Part shown: positions 37,177 through 48,975 of the stretch, piece by piece
Layout of the letters: each line of letters opens with the position of its first letter
How positions within the stretch are numbered: the first letter of the stretch is position 1
Assembly: GCF_006345805.1 (NCBI RefSeq)
Contig: NC_042997.1
Span: 15,748,001-15,812,000 of the forward strand
Direction: 5' to 3'
Origin: Octopus sinensis
Taxonomy: Eukaryota
DNA: 64,000 bases
The notes under the pieces: generated by a model
The model's database searches: none
Told to the model about the DNA's origin: nothing
Seen by the model: only the letters and a program-made list of their open reading frames with translations
Position numbers and translations under genes: made by a program

Positions 37177-37403
37177 GCGAGCTGGCAGAAACGATAGCAC
37201 GCCGGGCGAAATGCGTAGCTGTATTTCGTCTGTCGTAAGGTTCGGAGTTCAAGTTCCGCCGAGGTCGACTTTGCCTTTCATCCTTTCGGGGTCGATAAAT
37301 TAAGTACCAGTTACGCACTGGTGTCGATGTAATCGACTTAATCCCTTTGTCTGACCTTATTTGTCCCCTCTGTGTTTAGCCCCTTATGGGTAGTAAAGAA
37401 ATA
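37177..37403 (+). mobile_element. SINE-B (tail 1)
   Basis: Head, core, tail 1. Confidence 0.9.
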
Positions 37404-37434
37404 TATTTATAGCTATCGATATTAATATATTATA

Positions 37435-37824
37435 TTACTCTTTTACTTGTTTCAGTCATTTGACTGCGGCCATGCTGGAGCACCGCCTTTAATCGAGCAA
37501 CTCGACCCCGGGACTTATTCTTTTTGTAAGCCCAGTACTTATTCTATCGGTCTCTTTTGCCGAACCGCTAAGTAACGGGGACATAAACACACCAGCATCG
37601 GTTATCAAGCAATGCTAAGGGGACAAACACAGACACACATACACATATATATATACATATATACGACAGGCTTCTTTTCAGTTTCCGTCTACCAAATCCA
37701 CTCACAAGGCATTGGTTGGCTTGAGGCTATAGTAAAAGACACTTGCCCAAGATGCCACGCAGTGGGACTGAACCCGGAACCATGTGGTTGGTAAGCAAGC
37801 TACTTACCACACAGCCACTTCTGC
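37435..37824 (-). mobile_element. SINE-A
   Basis: Reverse complement of SINE-A. Confidence 0.9.
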
Positions 37825-38041
37825 AGATATTTTCGTTTTCGTTTCTACGCCTTCATCGGTATCGAAATGTAAAAGCTTTGTGATGCTTAGTTGCCTTACT
37901 TTTAATAATTATTACTGAAAACCATTATCAGTTTGAACGACCTGCAAGAAAGAGCAGCCAATCTCCTTCACACAATATTATACTGTCATAAAAATGAACA
38001 CATTGGATAATGTGGTTCAATGCACATGCACACACACAGAT

Positions 38042-38084
<43 letters not shown>

Positions 38085-39271
38085 TATATATATTATACAT
38101 CATGTATTATATATATGTGTATATAGAGTATATATATAGAGTATATATATATATATATATATATTATATATGAATATACTTATATACAAATATACATGCT
38201 TATATGTGTGCCTGTGTGAGTGTATTTATGTATATATGTGTGTGATGGGCCTTCGAAAATTAAACTTGCATGGGGCCGAATCAAACTGTTTAAAATAATA
38301 ACAACAAGAACAACAACAGCAGCAGCAGCAGCAGCCACGACGGTGACCACCACGACGAATCACCCTGACGATCACGATTATGACCCTGGCGGCAGCTACG
38401 ACGGTGACCACCACGACGAATCACCACCGACAGCCACGATGACGACCCCCAACAGCTGCCACAACGACGATGACTACGACGATAATTACCAACCCTGGTT
38501 TCATTTATTTGCCCCCAGGGTGAAGTATGAGGGGCACAACACAAAGAAAGACAATTGAAGAGTCCCCTGTATAAGCGCTCGTCGTGCTATAAATACTAAC
38601 CAAACTTTCCTCAAGTCACACCTTTCAGTCGTAAAATAAGAAACATTAGCCTCAACTAGCCTAGATTAGTTTAAAATAGTTTAAAATAGCATCCGACATA
38701 TCCGAAATTAAAGCTAATTTGGTTAGTGTGTCATCACAGCAAAATTAATTCAGACCAAAATAAACCGTATTCTAGATTGGGTAAAGCCATGTTTAATAAT
38801 TAAAAATAGCTATTAATTGGTGCTAATTATTATATGTATGTGATGAATGTTACAAATTAAGTGTACATTCCCAGTAGACCATTCCTACAAATCAGTTTTA
38901 ATTCGTAAAGTTATTTAGCTTTTACTTAGATGTGAATAAATACCATAAGGGCACAGATAGTGTGCCTAAAGCCAGCTGGAGACGATGATCTCCTGGGGCT
39001 AAAAGCTACAGTAACACCCACCCTTTGTGGTTAGCCATATTGAGATGGCTAGTATACTTTACGTTGAATAAATAATGTTTTCTACCAAAGGCCTGAAATT
39101 TGTGGGTTGGAGGCTTCTCGATTACATCGACCCTAGCACTTGACTGGTTCTTATTTTATCGACCCCGAAAGGCTCATAAGCAAATCGACCTCGGTAGTAT
39201 TTGAACTCAGAACGTAAAACCGGGACGAAATACTGCTAAGCATTTTGCTCGAAGTGCTAGCGATTCTGCCA

Positions 39272-39915
39272 GGAGTGAATGATAAAGAACTGGAAAATGT
39301 TGAGAAGTACACGTCACAAAAAGACGAGATTACACAAATGTGGGCAATGAAGAAAGTAATTGTCATTCCAGTGGTTGTAGGGGTTGTCACTCCGTCGATT
39401 GCGACGATGAGGCTTGTAGTTGATCCGATGAACGGAAAAAGCTGCTCATGAAACTAACGTGCAAGTAGTTGAGCACGCCACACACACGAGTATCCTCAAC
39501 GTAGATTCAGCGTGGCACGGTGTGAGATAAGGCTGGTCCTTCGACACACAGCTTCATCTCATTTTTGCCAGCTGAGTGTACTGGTGCAACGTGAAATAAA
39601 GTATCATGCTAAATGACGCAACGCACCGTTGGGAATCGAAATAACGACCTTACGATCGCGAGTAGAATATCCCTAACCACTAAGCCACTAAGTCCCTTTC
39701 ATTGGGAGCATTAACAATCAGGTTTGAGACATTTGTTGGAGAAATTGGAATTGATATGAGGGGAGAACATGTTCAGAAAATGGCTCAATTGAGGACGGCA
39801 AGAATTTTGAAATTGGCCCTGGGATGTTAAGTATTGTGGAAAGAGTCCTCGTGAGACAGGTCCACTTTTACAGAATTAGCAGGAGCAAGTGAAGCCGAAA
39901 GCTCTGAGAAGTGAA
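39272..39915 (+). mobile_element. R4-like LINE 3' fragment interrupted by a SINE (right arm of inverted duplication)
   Basis: DKELENVEKYTSQKDEITQMWAMKKVIVIPVVVG [SINE] GALTIRFETFVGEIGI...ARILKLALGC*, then 3' UTR and (AAT)n. Confidence 0.8.
39386..39690 (-). mobile_element. Hybrid SINE: SINE-D head/core with SINE-C tail
   Basis: Minus strand CTTTATTTCACGTTGCACCAGTACACTCAGCTG (D core) then CCACGCTGAAT...TTGCACGTTAG...GCAATCGACGGAGTGAC (C tail). Confidence 0.75.
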
Positions 39916-40049
39916 ATGACAATAATAATAATAACAAGGATTTCTTGTATTTGCCACCAGGGAGACAATATAGAAACAGATTTCAAGTGTTGAGGTTTAC
40001 CTGTAATGAAATGAGAGAAAAATATACAAATATTTGTGTAGAAAATATC

Positions 40050-40455
40050 ACGAGTGGCTGTGTGGTAAGTAGCTTGCTAACCAACCACATGGTTCCGGGT
40101 TCAGTCCCACTGCGTGGCATCAGGGGCAAGTGTCTTCTGCTATAGCCCCGGGCCGACCAATGCCTTGTGAGTGGATTTGGTAGACGGAAACTGAAAGAAG
40201 CCTGTCGTATATATGTATATATATATATGTGTGTGTTTGTGTGTCTGTGTTTGTCCCCCCCAGCGTCGCTTGACAACCGATGCTGGTGTGTTTACGTCCC
40301 CGTCACTTAGCGGTTCGGCAAAAAAGAGACCGATAGAATAAGTACTGGGCTTACAAAGAATAAGCCCCGGTGTCGAGTTGCTCGATTAAAGGCGGTGCTC
40401 CAGCATGGCCGCAGTCAAATGACTGAAACAAGTAAAAAAGAGAAAAAAAGAGAAA
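40050..40455 (+). mobile_element. SINE-A
   Basis: Near full length. Confidence 0.9.
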
Positions 40456-40607
40456 AGAGTATACAATAAGAGAGAGAAGGGAGGCATACATAGTATACAA
40501 TAGTAAAAATAAAATAAGAGGGGGGTGAAGATAGTAATATGACCGTCCTGACACATCAATTCCTGTTCTCCGACTAATAGGTGTATATATACTCAGAGTG
40601 GTACCAT

Positions 40608-41238
40608 CCACTCGGCCGACAGATGGATCCGTCTCACATGCGACAGCAGCTGTTCGACATAACCTCGCAGGTCAGCAATGCCCGGACACTAAACGAGTGC
40701 GTGCAGAAAGGTTTCGTCGCTCTGCGCCCACCTCGGACAAGCCGGTAGAGCTTATCTCGAACTGGAAGAGCATCTCAGTAGCACAGCCATGTGAAGGACA
40801 TTTTGAAATTATCCAAAGTGGTCCCTGACCGGAATGTCCTCCGGAACAGATTACCAGTTCGTTTTCGTCGACGCCCAGAGTCTCCCTGAGAACGTCGTCG
40901 CACTTCTCCGCCACTAATCCTCAGTGTATTGCTAAAGTGGAACTTCACTGATTCCATTCTCGACCGGTAGAGGGCTGTGAGTACCTTATCACATTCTAGG
41001 TGCCAGTCTCGGTCTTTTCTTCACTCCTCAGGACTGTAGTTCCGTCAGGGAGATGAGTTACGGAAAGACGCACTTCAGAAACGGCGCCCACACATGCACA
41101 CCGTCCAGAAATCGATGTACGTGGTGCAACCTGAGTGCATGTCGTCGCATCAGAAGCCAAGACATGCTAAGCCACCACGTAGTGAGTACCGGCAGCAGAC
41201 TGACCGCCTGACCATTGGGAAGCGCTCCTTCCACAGGA
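40608..41238 (-). mobile_element. Decayed Tx1-clade fragment related to 2663-4996
   Basis: WLLMRRHALRLHHVHRFLDGVHVWAPF aligns to WLMMRRHALRLRHLWLYVDDGEQVWSPF; CDDVLRETLGVDENEL aligns to YDDELGANLDVDEEYL. Confidence 0.85.
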
Positions 41239-41259
41239 AAATTAATAATATAATTAGTA

Positions 41260-41293
<34 letters not shown>

Positions 41294-41327
41294 CGACGAC
41301 GACGATGATGATCGGTACTTCACTTGA

Positions 41328-41480
41328 ACAAGGTGATTTTCCTACGATGGACCTACATGGTGCAAATAATGACTTCAGGGATACATTGTATAGTCTCTCC
41401 ATATCAGTCCGGCAGGATCCTGAACAAGCAGCGAGAGATGGTTCCGACTCCTGGCCCGACGTGCATCACCACTGACTACG
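41328..41480 (+). repeat. Unclassified interspersed repeat (second copy 44964-45165)
   Basis: Shared CCTACGATGGAC, AATGACTTCAG.GATACA, CAGTCCGGCAGGATCCTGAACAAGC, ACTCCTGGCCCGACG. Confidence 0.75.
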
Positions 41481-41762
41481 AACCGATCTACCTAATAACA
41501 GCAACAGTTATAGCTACCTTGAGCCAATGTGGCCGCTTGATCTGCTAGAAATAATAACCAGACCTCATTTGTAATCATAACCACTAAAAATATTCGTTAA
41601 TGTATTATCAGATACATTATCAGGTTGGGAGAAAAGACAAAATATTCAAACCTAAAAGCCTTTTGATCTTTGACCATCCTAACCAGAGCTGACATGGATT
41701 TCAATGACAACAGGGAAAAAAAATTACTGTCGTGTTCGGCCAGAGTTCAATTTGTCCGTCTT

Positions 41763-42330
41763 CGTTATCTATCTCCATCTATCTATCCGCTCAGTCGAAG
41801 TCGACTCTCGGTTACTCGATGTATCAGTGCCCTCCAGCCAGTTCTATCCTGGGTTGCTGCTTTCAGATTGGCTATGTCCATTCCCGTGTCACTCTTGATG
41901 GTGTCAAACCAGCGGGTTCTTGGTCGGCCTCTTCCTCTCTTGCCACTGACCATTCCGAGCATGATGTCCTCCTCCAGGGATTTTCTCCGCATAATATGAC
42001 CAAAATATGCCAATCTATGCTTGGTGATCCGAGCTTCTAGCGACAGTTTCGGCTTGATCTGGTTAAGAACTTCTCCATTGGTGAGCTTTGCTGTCCAGGG
42101 AATCCGTAAAAGTCTTCTCCAACACCAAAGCTCGAATGCATTAATTCTCTTCTGGTCAGCTTTCTTTAGTGTCCAGGTCTCGCATCCATATGTTGCTATT
42201 GGGAAGACGATTGCATTCACCAATCTGCATTTGGTAGCGAGGCTGATGTTTCTACTCTTCCAGACCTTGCTCATGCTGACCATTGCCTCTCTGCCTAAGC
42301 ACTATCCGCCGCTTTATTTCTGGAGTGCAG
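41763..42330 (-). mobile_element. RTE (BovB-like) LINE 3' end
   Basis: Uninterrupted ORF 41783-42283: KVWKSRNISLATKCRLVNAIVFPIATYGCETWT...AFELWCWRRLLRIPWT...YFGHIMRR...GKRGRGRPRTRW; short (GATA)-like tail. Confidence 0.9.
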
Positions 42331-42637
42331 TTACTATCTCGGTTTATTTTGGAGCCAAGGAAGATGAAATCATCAACTACAGAGGCTACAAGATACAAAC
42401 TCGACACTGGAAACGAGGATTTATAGTCTTTCAGTTATTAGACTACGATCAGAATAGGATGAGAGTTTTAGGAGTTTAGTCCGACGGGCTATCATTATTC
42501 CATTTCATCGATCTCAATAATCGATTATCTATCAAAATAAGTAATTCCCACGTCCTCGTTATGTTAAAGATAATAATAGAAGTTTACAATCAGCAAAAAA
42601 ATTAAATATGTGCACGGAACTACTCACGGAGAAAATA

Positions 42638-42650
42638 TGAGTGTGTGTGT

Positions 42651-42693
<43 letters not shown>

Positions 42694-42886
42694 TGTGTGT
42701 GTGTGTGTGTGAGTGTGTGTGAGTGTGTGTGTGTGTGTGAGTGTGTTTGTGTGTGTGAGTGTGTGTGTATGTGTGTGTGAGTGTGTGTGTGAGTGTGTGT
42801 GTGTGTGAGTGTGTGTGTGTGTGTGTGTGAGTGAGTGTGTGTGTGTGTGAGTGTGTGTGTGTATGTGTGTGTGTGTGTGTGTGTGT
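42638..42886. repeat. (TG)n/(TGAG) array
   Basis: Direct reading. Confidence 0.95.
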
Positions 42887-43570
42887 TGATTTGGATATTT
42901 TTTTTAAAGATTTTAATGGTTTTTCTCCTATAATTACCTTCACTATGCTTCATCATGCAGAAGCAGCTAGAGTCATTACACACGGATCAGTTCACATAAC
43001 AAACCTCAACAAATTGCGTCTCTTTAGTTGAGACATTTGACGCCTCGCACCTTGTATTTCGTCATCGTTGATTTTCAGTGCTATTTTAGACTAGTACATG
43101 CAAAAATATCAATAAAATAAGAGAGGGAGAAAAATAAAACAAAATCTATTGTATTGGAAAAAAATTATTGCTTTGTAAATAAATGATGTATGTTTTCTCT
43201 TTAACTGAAGGAGGGCACCTCTGAATACCTCTTTTGTAAATAGGTTTCGATTAACGGTTGAATTCACACAATTTGCTCTCAGTTAACTTTCTTTTTGACT
43301 AGGACACTTGATGTTTCTCACTACACCTTCACATTAACAGTAAAATACTGGTGTCGATGTAATGGGCTAATGGGTTCCTCAATATATGCAGCCTTGGACT
43401 TGTATTACGAACCCTTATTACTGTGAGTGGTATAAGGTATAAAAGGTAGAGTGAAGGATAAGAGGTGGAGATGGAAATAGATGTTGTTACGTCCCATTAC
43501 ATTCGGACATTAAATTCCGTAAGAGTAAACTTTACTCATCCACCCGGGATCGACGCCACGTACTACTCAC

Positions 43571-43622
43571 AAATTGCTTCTGCCTCCTTGATTCGTGATC
43601 TCAGAAATCATTATTTTTGTTG
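43571..43622 (-). other. Candidate 52-nt internal micro-exon
   Basis: Acceptor TTTAATCTGTTTCTTCAG, donor TT|GTGAGT; the single open frame gives TKIMISEITNQGGRSN. Confidence 0.4.
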
Positions 43623-44389
43623 CTGAAGAAACAGATTAAATGGCATGACCCCCTTCACTATGAGTTAATATTCCCCCAGGATGAATTTTGAGATCGATAA
43701 AATATGTATCAGTCAATTATAGGAGCTGTTTAAATTGACGTTGCACCTTTGATATTGTACCTGGCTAAAACTGGTATCATTGAGTATTTTGCTGATGTTT
43801 TTGTTATTATTGTTAAGCCCTAGCTCAAAGGCGTTCCATCTGTGGTCATCATGTATTTTTGTATCTTGGATTACATTATTCTGCATATATACGTCTTCTT
43901 TCTTTTATAAGAGAATAGTGAAGAACTGACGGAATCGTCAAGGTGTTAAACAAAAGGTCCTGCCGAATTTGTTCCGTTCTGAGTTCAAATCCGGCCGCTT
44001 TCAGTCTTCTGAGAATCTATAAAATAAAGTACCGCTTAAGAGCAATTAACCGAATTGTTAGGCGGTTTTAAGAGTGCAATGCTTTTACGAGTTCAAATCC
44101 GGTTGATGTTGACTTTGCTTTTATGTTACCGAAGCTGATAAAATAGAGCACCAGTCGTATTTGAACAAAACACTTCACTTTATTTGTTGTTTGTGTTCTT
44201 AGTGTTCTAGCAGTCTCGCAAAAGAAAAAGAAAAAAGAAAAGAAAAAAGAAAAGGAAACCATCCATTCTATATATACTTTCACAAAAATTCCATGAAAAA
44301 CCATTTAGTACTTTTCAACACTTGTTATCACTTGTTGCAATGATCATATTTTCTATTCAGATACAGTATTTAAGATTATATTATCCAAT

Positions 44390-44780
44390 TGTGGAGGCGC
44401 AATGGCCCAGTGGTTAGGGCAGCGGACTCGCGGTCGTAGGATCGCGGTTTCGATTCCCAGACCGGGCATTGTGAGAGTTTATTGAGCAAAAACACCTAAA
44501 GCTTCACAAGGCTCCTGCAGAGGGTGGTGGTGAACCCTGCTGTACTCTTTCACCACAACTTTCTCTCACTCTTTCTTCCTGTTTCTGTTGTACCTGTATT
44601 TCAAAGGGGCCAGCTTTGTCACACTCTGTGTCTCGCTGAATCTCCTCGAGAACTACGTTAAGGGTACACGTATCTGTGGAATGCTCAGCCACTTGCACGT
44701 TAATTCCACGAGCAAGCTGTTCCGTTGATCGTAACAGCTGGGACCCTCATCGTCGTAACCGACGGAGTGCTCCTAGTTTT
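44390..44780 (+). mobile_element. SINE-C with 13-bp TSD
   Basis: TSD TATATTATCCAAT at 44377-44389 and 44781-44793. Confidence 0.9.
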
Positions 44781-45170
44781 TATATTATCCAATGTGTCAC
44801 TCTCTCCGTAGGCTCGTGTGGTGTGATTTAAGGTAAATTTAGCTTCTATTTCAAGCAGAGGCTCCCACCTTGGTTTGTTAGATGGTGGCGGTAGTAGTGG
44901 TAGTGACAATTGGAAGTTGGGGACGATGGCGGCGGTTTTAGCTTCACTTGTGAAGAGATATTACAAGGTTGATTGTCCTACGATGGACGGGTTTCTTCAG
45001 TGGTGCACCTTCGACTATAATGACTTCAGAGATACACCACTTGTCCTTCCTCCTTGGTGAGTCTCCAATAGTCAGTCCGGCAGGATCCTGAACAAGCAAG
45101 CGAGAGATGGTTCCGATGGTTAACTCCTGGCCCGACGTTGCACCATCACCACTACAACTACGACCACCGA

Positions 45171-45212
<42 letters not shown>

Positions 45213-45213
45213 A

Positions 45214-45255
<42 letters not shown>

Positions 45256-45299
45256 GCTGCTAATAATAATAATAATAATAATAATAATAGTAATAATAA

Positions 45300-45788
45300 T
45301 CCTTTCTACTATAGGCACAAGGCCTTAAATTTGACGAGGTGGGGTATAGTCGATTACATCGACCCCAGTACGCAATTGGTACTTAATTTATCAACCCCGA
45401 AAGGATGAAAGGCAAAGTCGACCTCGGCAGAATTTGAACTCAGAATGTGAAGACGGACGAAATACCGCTAAGCATTTCGTCCGGTGTGCTAACGATTCAA
45501 CCAATAATAATAATAAGCCTTTCTACTGGAAGCACAAAGTCTCAAAGAAGAAGAAGAAGAAGAAGAGGAGGAGGAAGAGGAGGAGGAAAGGAGGAGGAGG
45601 AAGAAGAAGAAGAAGAAGAAGAAGAAGAAGAAGAAGAAGAAGAAGAAGAAGAAGAAAACCCCAGTGCGTAATAGGTACTTATTTAATCGAATGAATAGCA
45701 AAGTCGACCTCGGTGGAATTTGAACTCAGAACATCAAGACAGACGAAATACCGCTAAGCATTTCGCTCGGTGTGCTAACGATTTAGCC
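45300..45788 (-). mobile_element. Two SINE-B pieces separated by (GAA)n
   Basis: 45300-45500 tail 2 to head; 45662-45788 core to head. Confidence 0.8.
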
Positions 45789-45820
<32 letters not shown>

Positions 45821-45821
<1 letters not shown>

Positions 45822-46858
45822 GGATACCCAAACTGAACAACCCGAGGGAAGTACGGCAATTATTGTTGCAAAGAAGGTGAAAATGATGGCAATGAAAAAA
45901 GCGCACGAGCAATTCGCTGATAGGTGGGAGGAGAAACCTCTGCACGGCAATATGTGACCCGCAGCAAACAAGCTGATGTTGACCAGAAGCAAACCCATCA
46001 GTGGCTGCGGAGCTCACTAAAAAAAGCAGAGAGCGAAGGTTTCATCCTGGCTGCTCAAGACCAAAGCCTATTAACCCGGAACTACCAGGCCAATGTGATG
46101 AAAAAATGGAGCAGACCCAAAATGCCGATTCTGCAACGACATGATTGAAACAGTGACCACCTAATCTCTCTGATGTAAGTCTTAGCACCAGTGGAGTATA
46201 AATTAAGACATGACAGAGTTGGCCAATATCTCCACTGGCTAATAAGTCGGCATTACAATATCAAAACTGCCGACAAGTGGTATAATCACCACCCTGAGCT
46301 GTAACTGAAGGAGAAAATGTAACCATTCTGTGGGACTTTCCAGTACATACAGACCGAACCATCAAGGCCAATAAACCAGATATTGTTGTGAAAGACCAAA
46401 ACAATAAGTTTGCTTATTGATCGACATGAGCATCCCCTGTGATCATAATATCTCAGCGAAAGAGTTTGACAAGCTCAGAAAATATAAAGACCTACTCATT
46501 GAAATTGAGAAAATGTGGCATCTCAAGGCGGTTACAATACTAGTGATCGTAGGAGCACTAGGAATGATCAAGAAGGGAACCGAAAATTATATGAGAATGA
46601 TCCCTGGCTTACCATCCCTGCAAGAAGTGCAAAAGATTGTCTTAACTGGTACATCACACGTATTGAGAAGAGCATTGTCGATGTGAGAACTGTTGCTGCT
46701 CATGTATTTAATTTAACTTTAAAAAAAAAAAAAAAAAAATGAACGAACTACTGAGTTTGGTTTAATGGCCTACCAATATACACTATGATTTTCTTTGCCC
46801 TAGGAGTCGGGAAGACACTCGCAAGAAATGGAAGAAAATTTGAAAGAAGAAAAAAAAA
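45821..46858 (+). mobile_element. 5'-truncated R4/Dong-like LINE (CCHC knuckle and PD-(D/E)xK restriction-like endonuclease), flanked by (TAA)n
   Basis: EKPLHG, AESEGFILAAQDQSLLTRNY, CRFC...H...C, RHDRVGQYLHW, LWDFPVHTDRTIKANKPDIVVKD, LIDMSIP, KEFDKLRKYKDL, LRRALSM* (stop 46686); several 1-bp frameshifts. Confidence 0.9.
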
Positions 46859-46892
46859 AGTATAATAATAATAATAATAAATAAAATAATAA

Positions 46893-47450
46893 TGCCCTGA
46901 TGCAGTACCAGGCAGTGGCTCTCATGGCTTCTGATCTTAACTGATTGGAAGTGTTATCATGTACATTGTTTTGTCTTGGTATAAAAGATGGGCTACAGCA
47001 AATAATTCTCTGCTCATACCACAGATTTGCTTGTCAGTTGTTTGACCTTAACCAGTTGAGCATGTCCCTTAGTGGCTGACGATATGTGCATCTCTGATCA
47101 CGAGCAGAAGTAGTGGGGGAGCATCATAGCCATGTGTTGAGAGGGATTCTTTGGGTTTGAATAGCTCACCTCTGGAAACATGGGTGGTTCTTTCAACATC
47201 CTTAAGCAACCCTTATTCAGGGACCGTTTGAGTGGGATGGGCTACTCAACCTGAAGAAAATTCTAACTGGGCCCCACCTGCAAGGTCATGTGCTGTTTAT
47301 CTTGATATGAGATCACCATGTCGCGCACATATGGTTGTGATGCATGTGCCTCTGTGTACCTTTATCAGACGGGTAGTCATGATGGGTATATTGGGCTTCG
47401 TATATTTTTTACCCCAGTGTCACTTTGATGGCATGACTGCTCTCTCACTC
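46893..47450. repeat. Unclassified ~560-bp repeat between (TAA)n tracts (second copy 50543-51094)
   Basis: Higher-GC block bounded by (TAA)n; class not recognised. Confidence 0.6.
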
Positions 47451-48776
47451 ATAATAATAATAATAATATATAATATGAAAATAATAATATACCACCAGTA
47501 TTATCACTTCCAGTAACATCATCATCACCACCATTACCATCTCTCCTACACTTGAAAAATCATAACATACAAACAGCATTAAATAATGAATCATGAGACT
47601 TCAATTATTTTCGAGTACGGGAGACAACTCTGGACATATTTCTGTCTCATTGACTTCATCAGCGGAGCATAATCTTTGCCGTAAATATCGAAGTAGTGAT
47701 GAAAGAATCATTAAAATACATAGATATAGAAGTGTGTATATTGGTTGGTACAGAGAATAAAAACTTCAAGAGACTAAATAAAACGATGACGCAGTCGGTA
47801 AGAAAAGCAAAGGTTAAGTAAATGCTATCGTGGTTAATTCAGTAAGGATTAACAATCTAAGAAATTCGTCGAATGTAATTAAAAGAATATTATTCATTTG
47901 ACTAATATTGCTTCTTCGTTACCGGGTAATTTCTTCTCGTCAGTTTGTTTTAAATGCTATCCAATGTATTAAGTGTTAATATTTTAATTAACTATTGAAA
48001 GAAATTAAAATGATTATTAGAAATAAAATGAAATTTAACAAACATTATTGAGATTTAGGAGAGAGAAGAGAAAAGAAGAAGAAGAAGAAGAAAGAAGAAG
48101 AGAAGAAAAAGAAGAAGAAGAAGGAGGAGGAGAAGAAGAAGAAGAAGAAGAAAAAGAAGAGGAGGAGGGAAAAAAGAGGAGAGAGAGGAAGAAGAGACGA
48201 AGAAGAAGACGAGAGAAGAGGGAGAGGAGAAGAGAACGAAGAAGAAGAAGAAGAAGAAGAAGAAGAAGAAGAAATCAAAACGTGTTAAATTATAAAAAAA
48301 GATATAAGGAATAGAAAGATGTAAGATGAAGAATGCTTGACTTGACTATACAATATGTGAGAGAAAGTGTGTGTGTGTGTGTGTATGAGTGTTTGAGAAT
48401 GTGTATGTATTATGAGTATGAGAGTGCGTGTGAGAGAACAAGAAACTCAAAATGAAATATACCGGACATCCTATATGGTGTATAATCGGATATTGTAATG
48501 GTGTACTATTTGCTCTTAAATCTTTTGATTGGTTGGTTACTTTACATGTAAGAAAGTTTGTTTGGGGCAACACGAACAGACCGGAGTTAATACAAAAACA
48601 ACGGCAGTTTTCTTATCATTGCTGTTATAGCATCTTCTTGATTAACACTCCCAAGTGATGGAGCATCTAAGGGTAACTCTGCCTGCTGGAAACAGCATGT
48701 AATTTCCATCAAATTACAACTTACTGTCTTGAAAATGGTCAGAATACTGTAAAGTGTGTGTTCTAAATACACTATA

Positions 48777-48937
48777 GGCGTAGGAGTGGCTGTGTGGTAA
48801 GTAGCTTGCTTGCCAACCACATGTTCCGGTTCAGTCCCACTGCGTGGCACCTTGAGCGAATATCTTCTACTATAGCCTCGGCCGACCAAAGCCTTTGGTA
48901 TGGATTTGGTAGACGGAACTGAAAGAAGCCCGTCGTA

Positions 48938-48972
<35 letters not shown>
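48777..48972 (+). mobile_element. SINE-A 5' half (duplicated copy)
   Basis: Ends in (TA)n at the array. Confidence 0.85.
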
Positions 48973-48974
<2 letters not shown>

Positions 48975-48975
<1 letters not shown>

